Source: Oscillospiraceae bacterium
Lineage (GTDB): Bacteria > Bacillota > Clostridia > Oscillospirales > CAG-272
DNA: 64,000 nt
NCBI GenBank assembly: GCA_015064385.1
Contig: SVSI01000011.1
Location: 1,883 to 65,882, forward strand
Reading direction: 5' to 3'
The notes under the pieces are model-generated. The model had not been told where the DNA came from and ran no database searches. It saw only the letters and a list, made by a program, of their open reading frames with translations. How positions within the stretch are numbered: the stretch's first letter is position 1; each line of letters opens with the position of its first letter. The position numbers and the translations under genes are program-made. Shown here piece by piece: positions 9,223 to 18,336 of the stretch.

Positions 9223-10878
9223 ATGAAAAAAATATTCTCAATGCTTCTCATATCTGCGCTGATGATCTCCGCGCTTGCGGTATTTTCGGCGTGTAGGGAC
9301 GACTCGGAGGATGAGCCGGAAAAGGCAAGCAAAATTGACGTTAGCTCTTATACGCTCGTTCGCGGAGACGACGTAGGAGATGAGCTTGTCAAATATTCAC
9401 TGTTGCTCAGAGATCTTATAAATAAGCACACGGGCGCGGACGTTAATCTTAAGGGTGATTTTGCCGAGCCGAGCGAAAAGGAGATACTTATCGGCGAGAC
9501 CGAAAGAGCAGAAAGCAAAACGGTTTACGCAATTCTCGAAAAAGCACCGAAAAACGCCTACGTTATCAAGGCGATCGGAAATAAAATAGTTATCGCGGGT
9601 AAGACCGAGGATGCAACGATCCGCGCAATGAAACGCTTCCTTGAAAATAACGTCAAGAGCGCAGAGGGTACCGTTCTTAATATGGACACCGCTTACGAGG
9701 AAAAGGGAACCGTAGATCTCTCTTCCGTACTTTTTGATAATTTTGCGGAAATGATACCCGAGGTAACTCTCGATATGGCTGTCCCCAATAATATCTCTAC
9801 AGGATATTCATATGAAACTATGATACAGCTCGCCCATAACGGCGACAAAAACGGAATGCTTATCGCCTCGCACGCATCTCTTTACGGATACGATGACGGA
9901 TACAAGATGTATCGCAGCTACGATAACGGAGATACGTGGGAGATGTATGCAACCGCACTTGATACCATAACTGAAAACCTCAGTGACTGCTATATGCAAC
10001 CCTGCCTCTTCGAGCTTCCCGCAAATATGGGAAATTTCAAGGAGGGAACGCTTTTTCTCGGCGGATGCACCAGATCTGAAAAGGGCGAAAAAAGTAACAT
10101 AATCCTTTATTACAGTACCGACCTTGGAGAAAGCTGGACGTCATACGTAAATCTCGCGATAGGCGGAAGAGCAGACGATCGTCTCGGTGTATGGGAGCCC
10201 TATATAATATACGAGGAGGAGACGGGAAGGGTTTACTGCTTCTACTCGGACGAGACCTATCCCAAAAACGGCGAAAAAGCGCAGAAGCTCGTTTACAAAT
10301 ATACTACCGATATGGTAAACTGGAGCGAGCTTAAAACCGCAGTTTCCTGCGAAAAGAAAGACTGCCGTCCCGGAATGGTATCTATCGCAAAGCTCGGCAA
10401 CGGCGAGTACTATATGACCTTTGAGATGATCGGTAACGAGAAAAGATCTCCCGCTTACGCAAAGAAAACGAGAAATCTTGACGACTGGGGCGATCCCGCA
10501 GACTGCGGAAAGCTGATAATCACCTCAGACGGTAAGTCGATCGGAAGCGCGCCTTGGTGTGCGTGGACCCCGAAGGGCGGAGACTGCGGAATGATTCTCG
10601 TAGTTGCTCGTTGGATGTCAAGCGGCACGCCCATTTACGACGAGGGCTATAACGGCACCGGCTCGGATATGCTCGTAAGCTTCGACTATGGCGAGACCTT
10701 TGTGGCGATCAAGAATCCTATTCAGTATAATCAGATAGATAATGAAGATAAAGCAAAGTGCGGATACAGCCCCTTTATAGGATTTTCTGAGGATGGCGGC
10801 ACGCTTTACTATTTCAATAGCGTTCCTTTCAAGAACGATAACACTAAGGTACGCTTCAAGAGAATGAGGGTCTGGTAA
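9223..10878 (+). CDS. Lipoprotein: N-terminal accessory domain + GH93-like beta-propeller
   Basis: Lipobox FSAC; ILIGETER/KIVIAG N-domain; Asp-boxes, GVWEPY, RPGM...TFE. Confidence 0.7.
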   Translation: MKKIFSMLLISALMISALAVFSACRDDSEDEPEKASKIDVSSYTLVRGDDVGDELVKYSLLLRDLINKHTGADVNLKGDFAEPSEKEILIGETERAESKTVYAILEKAPKNAYVIKAIGNKIVIAGKTEDATIRAMKRFLENNVKSAEGTVLNMDTAYEEKGTVDLSSVLFDNFAEMIPEVTLDMAVPNNISTGYSYETMIQLAHNGDKNGMLIASHASLYGYDDGYKMYRSYDNGDTWEMYATALDTITENLSDCYMQPCLFELPANMGNFKEGTLFLGGCTRSEKGEKSNIILYYSTDLGESWTSYVNLAIGGRADDRLGVWEPYIIYEEETGRVYCFYSDETYPKNGEKAQKLVYKYTTDMVNWSELKTAVSCEKKDCRPGMVSIAKLGNGEYYMTFEMIGNEKRSPAYAKKTRNLDDWGDPADCGKLIITSDGKSIGSAPWCAWTPKGGDCGMILVVARWMSSGTPIYDEGYNGTGSDMLVSFDYGETFVAIKNPIQYNQIDNEDKAKCGYSPFIGFSEDGGTLYYFNSVPFKNDNTKVRFKRMRVW

Positions 10879-10994
10879 AATATCTTAATATTTTGATATT
10901 TTATCTGTATATTCTTCATTTGCTTCTTTTTAAGAATGGTGTAAAATGCAATTGATATACATTTGAAACAAACTAAAAAGGAAGAAATTAAGCT

Positions 10995-12176
10995 ATGAAA
11001 AAATTTGTAAACGGTTCTATTGTACTTGATAACGGCACTACTCTTACTATCGAGAAAAAGCTGATTCTTGCCGCGCCCGGAAGCAGTGATTCTAAGTGGA
11101 CTTATTCGTATCCCACTATGGTGCGCCTTGCCCATAACGGAGAAAACAACGGCACTCTCGTTGCCGCTCACGCAACTCTTTACGGACCGTGTAACGATAA
11201 CGGATATAAGGTGTATAAAAGCTACGACGACGGCGATAGCTGGACCTTCGTTTCAAAGGCGGTAGATAATTATACAGAGTATGCGCACGAAAGCATTCTT
11301 CAGCCGTGTCTTTTTGAGTTACCTAAGGATATGGGAGATTTCAAAGAGGGAACGCTTTTTATGGGCGGTTGCTCGAGAGGAAATTTCCCCGATAAAAGCC
11401 CGATGACCGCAATGGCGCTCTATTATAGTACAGATCTCGGAGAAAGCTGGACTGCATACCACACTCTCGCAGTAGGCGGAGGCGCCAACGAATGCGAGGG
11501 CGTATGGGAGCCCTTCTTTATATACGAGGAGGAGTCGGGAAGAGTTTACTGCTTCTATTCGGACGAAACGAACGCCTCGGGCACGAAAAACGGACCGAAA
11601 GCGCAGGAGCTCGTCTATAAATACACTACCGATATGAAAAATTGGAGCGATGTTCAGGTCGCTATGAGCTGTACCGACAAGGAAAATATGCGTCCGGGAA
11701 TGATAGCAATTTCTAAAACTCCGGTGGGATATATTATGACCTACGAGCTTGTCGGTCTTTCGGGTAGCCCTACTTACTGTAAAATAGTAGATAAACTTGA
11801 TGATTGGGGCGATATTGCTGATGTCGGTTTTCCGATAGTTGCCGATAATAACAAAACAATGGGAACTGCTCCATGGTCGGCTTGGACGCCGGCTGGCGGA
11901 GAAAACGGAATTTTTTTCTCAGTTGCAAACCATATGATAGAGTGTGAGGCAATTGACGGTACGGGCACAGATATGTTTGTCAGCTTGGATTACGGAAAGA
12001 CTAACATTGCTATTGAAAATCCCAGTACATTCGTTCAGAATCGAAAAAATAAGCTCTCGTACAGTTCATACTTGGGTTTTTCCGAGGATGGATATACCAT
12101 GTACTATATGAACAGTATTAACCTTGGTCCTGATAATACTCAGATAGAATTTGTGAGAATAAAGATCGCTGACTGA
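10995..12176 (+). CDS. GH93-like / BNR glycoside hydrolase, no signal peptide
   Basis: Paralogue of 8041..9201; GVWEPF, RPGM...TYE. Confidence 0.7.
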   Translation: MKKFVNGSIVLDNGTTLTIEKKLILAAPGSSDSKWTYSYPTMVRLAHNGENNGTLVAAHATLYGPCNDNGYKVYKSYDDGDSWTFVSKAVDNYTEYAHESILQPCLFELPKDMGDFKEGTLFMGGCSRGNFPDKSPMTAMALYYSTDLGESWTAYHTLAVGGGANECEGVWEPFFIYEEESGRVYCFYSDETNASGTKNGPKAQELVYKYTTDMKNWSDVQVAMSCTDKENMRPGMIAISKTPVGYIMTYELVGLSGSPTYCKIVDKLDDWGDIADVGFPIVADNNKTMGTAPWSAWTPAGGENGIFFSVANHMIECEAIDGTGTDMFVSLDYGKTNIAIENPSTFVQNRKNKLSYSSYLGFSEDGYTMYYMNSINLGPDNTQIEFVRIKIAD

Positions 12177-12252
12177 AATTTAATACGTAACACAAAGGTA
12201 TTTAGGTATCACAAAGAAGATGCCTACAAATAAATAAAAAAAGGGGAAAACT

Positions 12253-14004
12253 ATGAAAAAACTCAAAACACTCTTAAGCATTCTGCTTCTTCTTTCTCTT
12301 GCGCTCGGTATGTTTGCCGCGTGCAAAGATGATGATGCGGACCAGAAGCCCGAAGCACCGCAGGTGACCGATATTTCACAGTACAGTATCGTTCGTCCCG
12401 AAGATGCCGATGAAGAGCTTATCAAGTTCGTTACTCTCTTCAAGCAGGAAATGCTTCGCTATACCAAGACAAATCTTCCCGTACGTTCAGACGATATTCC
12501 CGTAGCGGAAGGTGCCAAGGAGATACTTATAGGCGAGACTAACCGCCCTGAAAGTGCGGCAGCAAAAAGTGCTCTTGCCAAAGCTCCCGATAACGCCTTT
12601 ACCGTAAGAGCGACTGAGAACAGTATAGTTATCGCCGCCAAGAGTGACGCGGGACTCATTCGTGCAATGAAGTATTTTTATATGACCTATGGCGCTGAAT
12701 GTGACGTTGATGCTTCGCTCGCGCTCCTTCCCGGTCACGTTCACAACGGAACGGTAGATCTTGATTCTCTGATTCTGGATAATTATACAGAGATCATTGA
12801 TAAAGTCACCTCGACCATCGCTATATGTGGTAGAGATTTCGACACTACCTGTGGATATGAGACGCTTATTCAGTTAAATCATAACGGAGAAAACAACGGA
12901 ACGCTCTTTGCTTCGTATGCTGATTACAGCGGTTATGGATATAGAATATTCAAGAGTACTGACGAAGGTAAGACCTGGAAGCATATTTCAACTGCCATAG
13001 ATACTTTTAACGATAGCATGACCGATAGAGACAACCCTACGAAACACAAGGCGGATAACGTTTGCCTCCAGCCCTGTCTCTATGAGCTTCCTTGCGATAT
13101 GGGAGACTTTAAGGAAGGAACTCTCTTCCTCGGCGCTTGTTCCAAAGGAACGGGTTATTACAATAAGATGGAGACCTATACGTCCAGTATGACTCTTTAT
13201 TACAGCACCGACCTCGGAGTTACCTGGAAATCCTATTGTAACGTTGACCTTGCAGGTAACGCTGACGCCAAAAACGGCGTATGGGAACCCTTCTTCATTT
13301 ACGACGAAGCTACCGGACGCGTTTACTGCTACTACTCGGATGAGAGTGATGAGGAAGGCAAGAAGAACGGCTCCGGAGCGCAGCGTCTTGTGTTCAAATA
13401 CTCCACCGATATGAAGACGTGGGTAGGACAGGACGGAAAGACCGGTGTTACCGACACACCCTTTTATGCCATAGATGCATCAAACAGTGATGCCTACAAT
13501 TTCCGTCCCGGAATGATCTCGATAGCAAAGATGGGTAACGGCGAATATTTTATGACTTATGAGATGTGCGGAATATCGGGATGTCCGATATACTATAAGA
13601 AGACTACCGACCTCGCTAATTGGCCCAACGTCAGCGATTACGGTAAGCCGGTAAAGACCGCAGACGGATACACCTTCGGAAGCGCACCCTGGTGTGCATG
13701 GACTCCCGCAGGCGGAGAGTGCGGAACTCTCGTTGTCGTAGCGCACCACAATCAGGACAAATGGCCCATCACCCTCGACCAGTATGGTAAAGTCAAGGGA
13801 ACCGATATGCTTCTCTCGTTTGACTACGGTGAGACCTTCGTTGCTATTAAAAATCCCATTCCGTACTATACCTTTGAAAAGACCTCTTACTCTCCGTTCG
13901 TCGGCTTCTCCGAAGACGGACACACCTTCTTCTATCTCAACAATCCTCCGGACGATAAGCAGTCCTATCAGAAGGTAATATTCAAGAGTATGAAGATCTG
14001 GTAA
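12253..14004 (+). CDS. Lipoprotein: N-terminal accessory domain + GH93-like beta-propeller
   Basis: Lipobox FAAC; ILIGETNR N-domain; GVWEPF, RPGM...TYE. Confidence 0.7.
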   Translation: MKKLKTLLSILLLLSLALGMFAACKDDDADQKPEAPQVTDISQYSIVRPEDADEELIKFVTLFKQEMLRYTKTNLPVRSDDIPVAEGAKEILIGETNRPESAAAKSALAKAPDNAFTVRATENSIVIAAKSDAGLIRAMKYFYMTYGAECDVDASLALLPGHVHNGTVDLDSLILDNYTEIIDKVTSTIAICGRDFDTTCGYETLIQLNHNGENNGTLFASYADYSGYGYRIFKSTDEGKTWKHISTAIDTFNDSMTDRDNPTKHKADNVCLQPCLYELPCDMGDFKEGTLFLGACSKGTGYYNKMETYTSSMTLYYSTDLGVTWKSYCNVDLAGNADAKNGVWEPFFIYDEATGRVYCYYSDESDEEGKKNGSGAQRLVFKYSTDMKTWVGQDGKTGVTDTPFYAIDASNSDAYNFRPGMISIAKMGNGEYFMTYEMCGISGCPIYYKKTTDLANWPNVSDYGKPVKTADGYTFGSAPWCAWTPAGGECGTLVVVAHHNQDKWPITLDQYGKVKGTDMLLSFDYGETFVAIKNPIPYYTFEKTSYSPFVGFSEDGHTFFYLNNPPDDKQSYQKVIFKSMKIW

Positions 14005-14013
14005 GATACTAAT

Positions 14014-14049
14014 AAAAAAACACCGAAACGAAAGGTTTCGGTGTTTTTT
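14014..14049. terminator. Bidirectional intrinsic terminator
   Basis: AAAAAAACACCGAAAC-gaaag-GTTTCGGTGTTTTTT. Confidence 0.85.
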
Positions 14050-14054
14050 ATTAT

Positions 14055-14282
14055 TTAGTGGTGATAATCTCGCATCTTGTACGAGTATTTTCTAAATTTC
14101 AGCATATAAGAGCGGTACTGTTTTTCGGATAACTTGCCTTCGCTGTAAAGCTCCTGAGTGCGCTGCTCGAGCTTTTTTCGGCAGTCGTGTGCAAGATCCT
14201 TGTAGTTGTTCATAAGATACTGCTCGATGTCTTCGATAATGGAATCAAGCTCTTTTACGGCCTTTGATCTGAAAAAACACAT
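14055..14282 (-). CDS. Small helical hypothetical protein, last gene of the iorAB operon
   Basis: 75-aa ORF starting 3 nt after the iorB stop and ending at the terminator. Confidence 0.65.
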   Translation of the reverse strand: MCFFRSKAVKELDSIIEDIEQYLMNNYKDLAHDCRKKLEQRTQELYSEGKLSEKQYRSYMLKFRKYSYKMRDYHH

Positions 14283-14285
14283 ATC

Positions 14286-14858
14286 TTAAGCGTTGTATCC
14301 GAGTGCAAACGCCTTTTTGTTCATCTCTACGAACTTTGGAGCAACCGTGTTCTCGATAGCATTTATCCACTTTTCGTAAGGAATGTCAAAATATTTTGCA
14401 AGGCGTCCCATAAGAACGATGTTGACAGCTTTGGATGAGCCCGCCTCGCTTGCAAGTGCGAGCGCATCGAGACGGTCGCAGTCAATACCGAGCGAGTCGA
14501 GAGTGTCAAGAGCATCGTGCGGATACTCCGCAGCACCCGTAATAACGGGCATCGGATCTATTTCCTGGGTGTTTACTATTATCTTTCCGCCGTCCTTTAA
14601 GTATGCTGCCCATCTTGCCGCCTCTATCTTTTCAAAGGAAACGATAAAGTCTGCTTCTTTTTCGCAGATGATGGGAGAATATACCTTTTCACCGAACTTG
14701 ACGTAGGTAATAACGCTTCCGCCTCTCTGGCTCATTCCGTGGACCTCGGATACCTTTACGTCATATCCTTCGTCAACCAGAAGACGTCCGAGAAGCTTGC
14801 TTGCGAGCAGCGATCCCTGACCGCCAACGCCCGAAATTATAATATTTTTAGTGTTCAT
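14286..14858 (-). CDS. iorB: Indolepyruvate:ferredoxin oxidoreductase beta subunit
   Basis: GVGGQG and SEVHGMSQRGGSV motifs. Confidence 0.93.
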   Translation of the reverse strand: MNTKNIIISGVGGQGSLLASKLLGRLLVDEGYDVKVSEVHGMSQRGGSVITYVKFGEKVYSPIICEKEADFIVSFEKIEAARWAAYLKDGGKIIVNTQEIDPMPVITGAAEYPHDALDTLDSLGIDCDRLDALALASEAGSSKAVNIVLMGRLAKYFDIPYEKWINAIENTVAPKFVEMNKKAFALGYNA

Positions 14859-14881
14859 AATGATAATTCCTTTCTGTACGG

Positions 14882-16597
14882 TCAGTTGATAGCGTTAAAG
14901 GCGCAAAGCTGCGTGCATACGCCGCAACCCACGCAAAGAGTCGTGTCGATAACCGCTTTTCCGTCCTTCATACTGATGGCGGGACATCCGAGACGCATAC
15001 AGCTCTTACACGAACGGCACTTGTCGGGATCTACGGTTACGGGGGTTTTCGGCTTAACGTATTTGAGAAGAACGCAAGGACGTCTCGAAATAATTACCGA
15101 GGGCTCGTCAGCCGCAAGCTCTTCTTTAATAGCCGTGTCGCACGCCTTGAGATCGTAGGGATCGACAACGCGCACTCTGTTTATTCCGACCGAGCGGCAG
15201 AGCGTTTCAAGGTCGATTTTGCTTGCAGGATCTCCCTTGATATTATAGCCGGTCGTGGGGTTTTGCTGATGTCCGGTCATACCGGTGATCGAGTTGTCAA
15301 GAATAATAACGGTCGAATTTGAGCCGTTGTAAGCGATGTTTATAAGTCCGGTGATTCCTGAGTGCATAAAGGTGGAATCGCCGATCACGGCAACGCATTT
15401 TCCGTCAAATCCCGCTTTGTTGAAGCCGTGGAGACCGGAAACGGACGCGCCCATGCAAAGGGTAGAGTCAAGCGCGTTAAGGGGTGCCTGCGCGCCGAGA
15501 GTGTAGCATCCGATGTCACCAAGGACGGTCACCTTGTTTTTAGCAAGCGTGTAGAACATTCCTCTGTGAGGGCATCCCGCACACATAACGGGCGGACGAA
15601 CGGGTACGCTCGGAAGTCCTTCGGGGATCTTTGCCGTCTCGGCTCCGAGTGCCTTGGCGATAACAGTCTGCGAAAATTCTCCAATAGGAGAAAAGAGCGA
15701 CTTGCCTTCTACCGAGAGTCCGAGGCACTTGCAGAATTCTTCAATTACAGGGTCGAGCTCCTCAATAACGATAAGACGCTCAACCTTGGATGCAAAGTCC
15801 TTTATCATCTTCGGGGGAAGGGGATTTACCATTCCGAGCTTAAGTACGCTGTATTTGTCACCAAACACCTCTTTTACGTACTGATAAGAGGTTCCGGAGG
15901 TTATAATACCGATAGAGCTGTCGCCGTACTCAACCGTGTTAAGAGGCGAGGTCTCGGCATACTCTGCAAGCTTTTTCGTGCGCTCCTCAACGAAGGGATG
16001 ACGAAGCTTTGCGTAAGCGGGCATCATTATGTATTTCTGCGGATTCTTCTCGTAAGCAGGAATTGCTCTTTCGGCTCTGTCGCAAAGCTCGGTAATGCTT
16101 TGAGAATGAGCGATTCTCGTGCACATTCTTATCATAACGGGGGTGTCGAACTGCTCGGAGATGTCAAAGGCAAGCTTAGCAAAATTCTTCGCCTCGGAGG
16201 AATCTGCGGGCTCGAGCATAGGTACCTTTGATGCAATAGCGTATCTGCGCGAGTCCTGCTCGTTCTGTGAGGAGTGCATTCCGGGGTCGTCTGCGACGCA
16301 GATAACCAGACCGCCGTTTACACCCGTGTAGGAGAGGGTAAATAAGGGGTCTGCTGCGACGTTCATACCAACGTGCTTCATAGCACAAGCTGCGCGCGCA
16401 CCCGCAAGAGAAGCACCGAAAGCGGTCTCAAGAGCGACCTTTTCGTTGGGAGCCCACTCGCAGTATATCTCGTCGTATTTTGCGGCAAACTCGGTGATCT
16501 CGGTCGAGGGAGTTCCGGGATAGCTTGATATTACCGAGCAGGATGCTTCCCAAAGACCTCTGGCGAGAGCTTCGTTTCCAATTAAGAGTTTTTTCAT
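14882..16597 (-). CDS. iorA: Indolepyruvate:ferredoxin oxidoreductase alpha subunit
   Basis: YPGTPSTEI, NEKVALE, MKHVG, CAGCPHR, GDIGCY and GDSTF.HSG motifs; C-terminal 2x[4Fe-4S]. Confidence 0.93.
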   Translation of the reverse strand: MKKLLIGNEALARGLWEASCSVISSYPGTPSTEITEFAAKYDEIYCEWAPNEKVALETAFGASLAGARAACAMKHVGMNVAADPLFTLSYTGVNGGLVICVADDPGMHSSQNEQDSRRYAIASKVPMLEPADSSEAKNFAKLAFDISEQFDTPVMIRMCTRIAHSQSITELCDRAERAIPAYEKNPQKYIMMPAYAKLRHPFVEERTKKLAEYAETSPLNTVEYGDSSIGIITSGTSYQYVKEVFGDKYSVLKLGMVNPLPPKMIKDFASKVERLIVIEELDPVIEEFCKCLGLSVEGKSLFSPIGEFSQTVIAKALGAETAKIPEGLPSVPVRPPVMCAGCPHRGMFYTLAKNKVTVLGDIGCYTLGAQAPLNALDSTLCMGASVSGLHGFNKAGFDGKCVAVIGDSTFMHSGITGLINIAYNGSNSTVIILDNSITGMTGHQQNPTTGYNIKGDPASKIDLETLCRSVGINRVRVVDPYDLKACDTAIKEELAADEPSVIISRRPCVLLKYVKPKTPVTVDPDKCRSCKSCMRLGCPAISMKDGKAVIDTTLCVGCGVCTQLCAFNAIN

Positions 16598-16750
16598 AAT
16601 AATAAGACGGAATAAAATTCCTTGTCCTTTCCGCCTTGCGGCTTTTCTTTGATTTAATATTTTAATTTGTTAAAGTAAAATCTATTGACAAAAAGATTTT
16701 AAGTTGCTATAATTGTTTAAGAACTTTTAGAGCTTGAAGGCAAAACGTTA

Positions 16751-17566
16751 ATGATAATTGATTTCCACACTCATATCTTTCCCGACCGTATAGCGGACAA
16801 AACCATAAAGATGCTGTCCGAAAAGGCGGGATTTCCGAATTATCTCGATGCAAGAGCCGAAAGTCTGCTTTCGTCAATGGAAAAAGCGGGTATAGACAAA
16901 TCGGTCTTGCTTCCCGCACTGACTGCTCCGAAGCAGTTTGACTCGGTAAACAGATACACTCTTGAAACGGCGATTGCAAGCGAGGGAAGACTTATCCCGT
17001 TCGGCGGAATACACCCCGACTGTGACGATCTTTCTCAAAAGGTAAAATTTCTCGCAGATAGCGGATTTTACGGAATAAAACTGCATCCCGACTATCAGTC
17101 AACCTATATTGACGACGAAAAATACGTAGATATCATAAGCTGTGCCGTAAAAAACGGACTTGTAGTGACCGTTCACGCAGGCGTTGACTGCGGACTGCCT
17201 GATCCGGTCCACTGCACACCCGAGCGCTCGTGCAGAATGCTCGAGAGAGTTTTCGCAAATACGCAGGGCTACGATGCCAAGATCGTGCTCGCGCACATGG
17301 GCGGATATCTGATGGGAAAGGACGTGCTTTCGCTTTTGTGCGGAGCAAACGTCTATTTCGATACGGGCTTTACGCTTTTTGAAAAGGACGTCGAGACGAC
17401 GCGTGAAATAATCGAAAAGCACGGTGCAGATAAGGTACTGTTTGCAACCGATTCGCCGTGGGCACCGCAGAAAGAGTACGTAGATGCACTCAAATCTCTC
17501 GGACTTTGTGAGAGGGATAGAGAAAAGATACTCGGCGAAAACGCGGCGAAGCTTCTTAATATGTAA
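16751..17566 (+). CDS. Amidohydrolase family protein (Amidohydro_2)
   Basis: IDFHTH, GIKLHP, HAG, AHMGG and FATDSPW motifs. Confidence 0.85.
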   Translation: MIIDFHTHIFPDRIADKTIKMLSEKAGFPNYLDARAESLLSSMEKAGIDKSVLLPALTAPKQFDSVNRYTLETAIASEGRLIPFGGIHPDCDDLSQKVKFLADSGFYGIKLHPDYQSTYIDDEKYVDIISCAVKNGLVVTVHAGVDCGLPDPVHCTPERSCRMLERVFANTQGYDAKIVLAHMGGYLMGKDVLSLLCGANVYFDTGFTLFEKDVETTREIIEKHGADKVLFATDSPWAPQKEYVDALKSLGLCERDREKILGENAAKLLNM

Positions 17567-17673
17567 AAATCATTTATCATTATAACAGAAGTGAGCGCAG
17601 ATTTCAATAGTTTTTAGATAAAAACCGCATATTTTGCGGTGTTAAAATATAGCAGATACAAATAAAATCAAGG

Positions 17674-17991
17674 ATGGTTCAGAAAATGTTAAGTCAACAC
17701 AAAGAAAGAGACACGTCACTGCTTTTCAAAACGCTCGCAAAGCTTCAGGGAGAGGAACAGTTCCGTATGTTTTTCGAGGATCTTTGCACATATAAGGAGA
17801 TCGAGCAGATGAGCCAGCGACTTGAAAGTGCGTGCTATCTTCTTGATGGAAAGACGTATTCTTATATAATCGACGAGACCGAGATATCGTCTGCGACGCT
17901 CAGCCGTATTTCGAGATGTATCCAGCGCGGAAGCGGAGGATATAATAAGCTTCTCGTTGATATCCGCAAGAAAGAAGAGGAAAATAAATAA
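17674..17991 (+). CDS. YerC/YecD TrpR-like repressor
   Basis: FFEDLCT..EI..MSQR and TY..I..ET.ISSATLSRISRC...G.GGY motifs. Confidence 0.85.
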   Translation: MVQKMLSQHKERDTSLLFKTLAKLQGEEQFRMFFEDLCTYKEIEQMSQRLESACYLLDGKTYSYIIDETEISSATLSRISRCIQRGSGGYNKLLVDIRKKEEENK

Positions 17992-18031
17992 TAAAAGTTA
18001 TCTCGGCAGCATATAGTTGCCGAGAAGATTT

Positions 18032-18105
18032 CTGCTCGTAGCGTAGCTGGATAACGCACAAGACTCCGACTCTTGAGACCGCAGGTTCGAATCCTGTCGA
18101 GCAGG
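18032..18105 (+). tRNA. tRNA-Arg(CCG)
   Basis: Acceptor stem CTGCTCG/CGAGCAG, anticodon arm CAAGA-CTCCGAC-TCTTG, GCAGG-TTCGAAT-CCTGT T-arm. Confidence 0.93.
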
Positions 18106-18106
18106 T

Positions 18107-18145
18107 AAATAAACAAAGGGTGGCACAGCCACCCTTTGTTTATTT
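18107..18145 (+). terminator. Terminator after tRNA-Arg(CCG)
   Basis: AAATAAACAAAGGGTGGC-aca-GCCACCCTTTGTTTATTT. Confidence 0.8.
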
Positions 18146-18150
18146 CTCTA

Positions 18151-18260
18151 ACTTAACGATGAAGAACCTCGCATTTTGCGAAGCAAATATGCCAATTTGC
18201 GCAAAGTGAGCGAGCGGTGATAGTGTGCGTAGGCGCAAATTTAGGTTCGTAAATCCTGTC
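18151..18260 (+). repeat. tRNA-linked structured repeat element, copy A
   Basis: Shares ACTTnACGAT, GAACCTC, TTTGCGCAA and CGTAGGCGCAAAyTTAGGTTCGTAArTCCTG with 36718..36826 (minus strand). Confidence 0.8.
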
Positions 18261-18265
18261 AATAC

Positions 18266-18331
18266 GGCACAGCCACCCTTCGTTTATTTCTCTTACCTCA
18301 CGATTAGAACCTTGCATTTTGCGAAGCGAAT
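18266..18331 (+). repeat. Truncated tandem copy of the tRNA terminator 3' half plus the element 5' part
   Basis: Imperfect direct repeat of 18122..18188 (GGCACAGCCACCCTT...GAACCT.GCATTTTGCGAAGC), 144-bp offset. Confidence 0.85.
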
Positions 18332-18336
18332 TTATC

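Noticed and set aside
8041-14004. True GH33 sialidases, or diversity-generating retroelement targets
   Set aside because: The FRIP motif is absent while the GH93 WEP/RPGM motifs are present. There is no reverse transcriptase and no adenine-specific TR/VR pair; the paralogues diverge throughout.
18122-18331. CRISPR array or integrated-island attL/attR
   Set aside because: There are only about 1.5 long imperfect units, no repeat-spacer periodicity, no cas or integrase gene, and no cargo between the tRNA-end duplicates.
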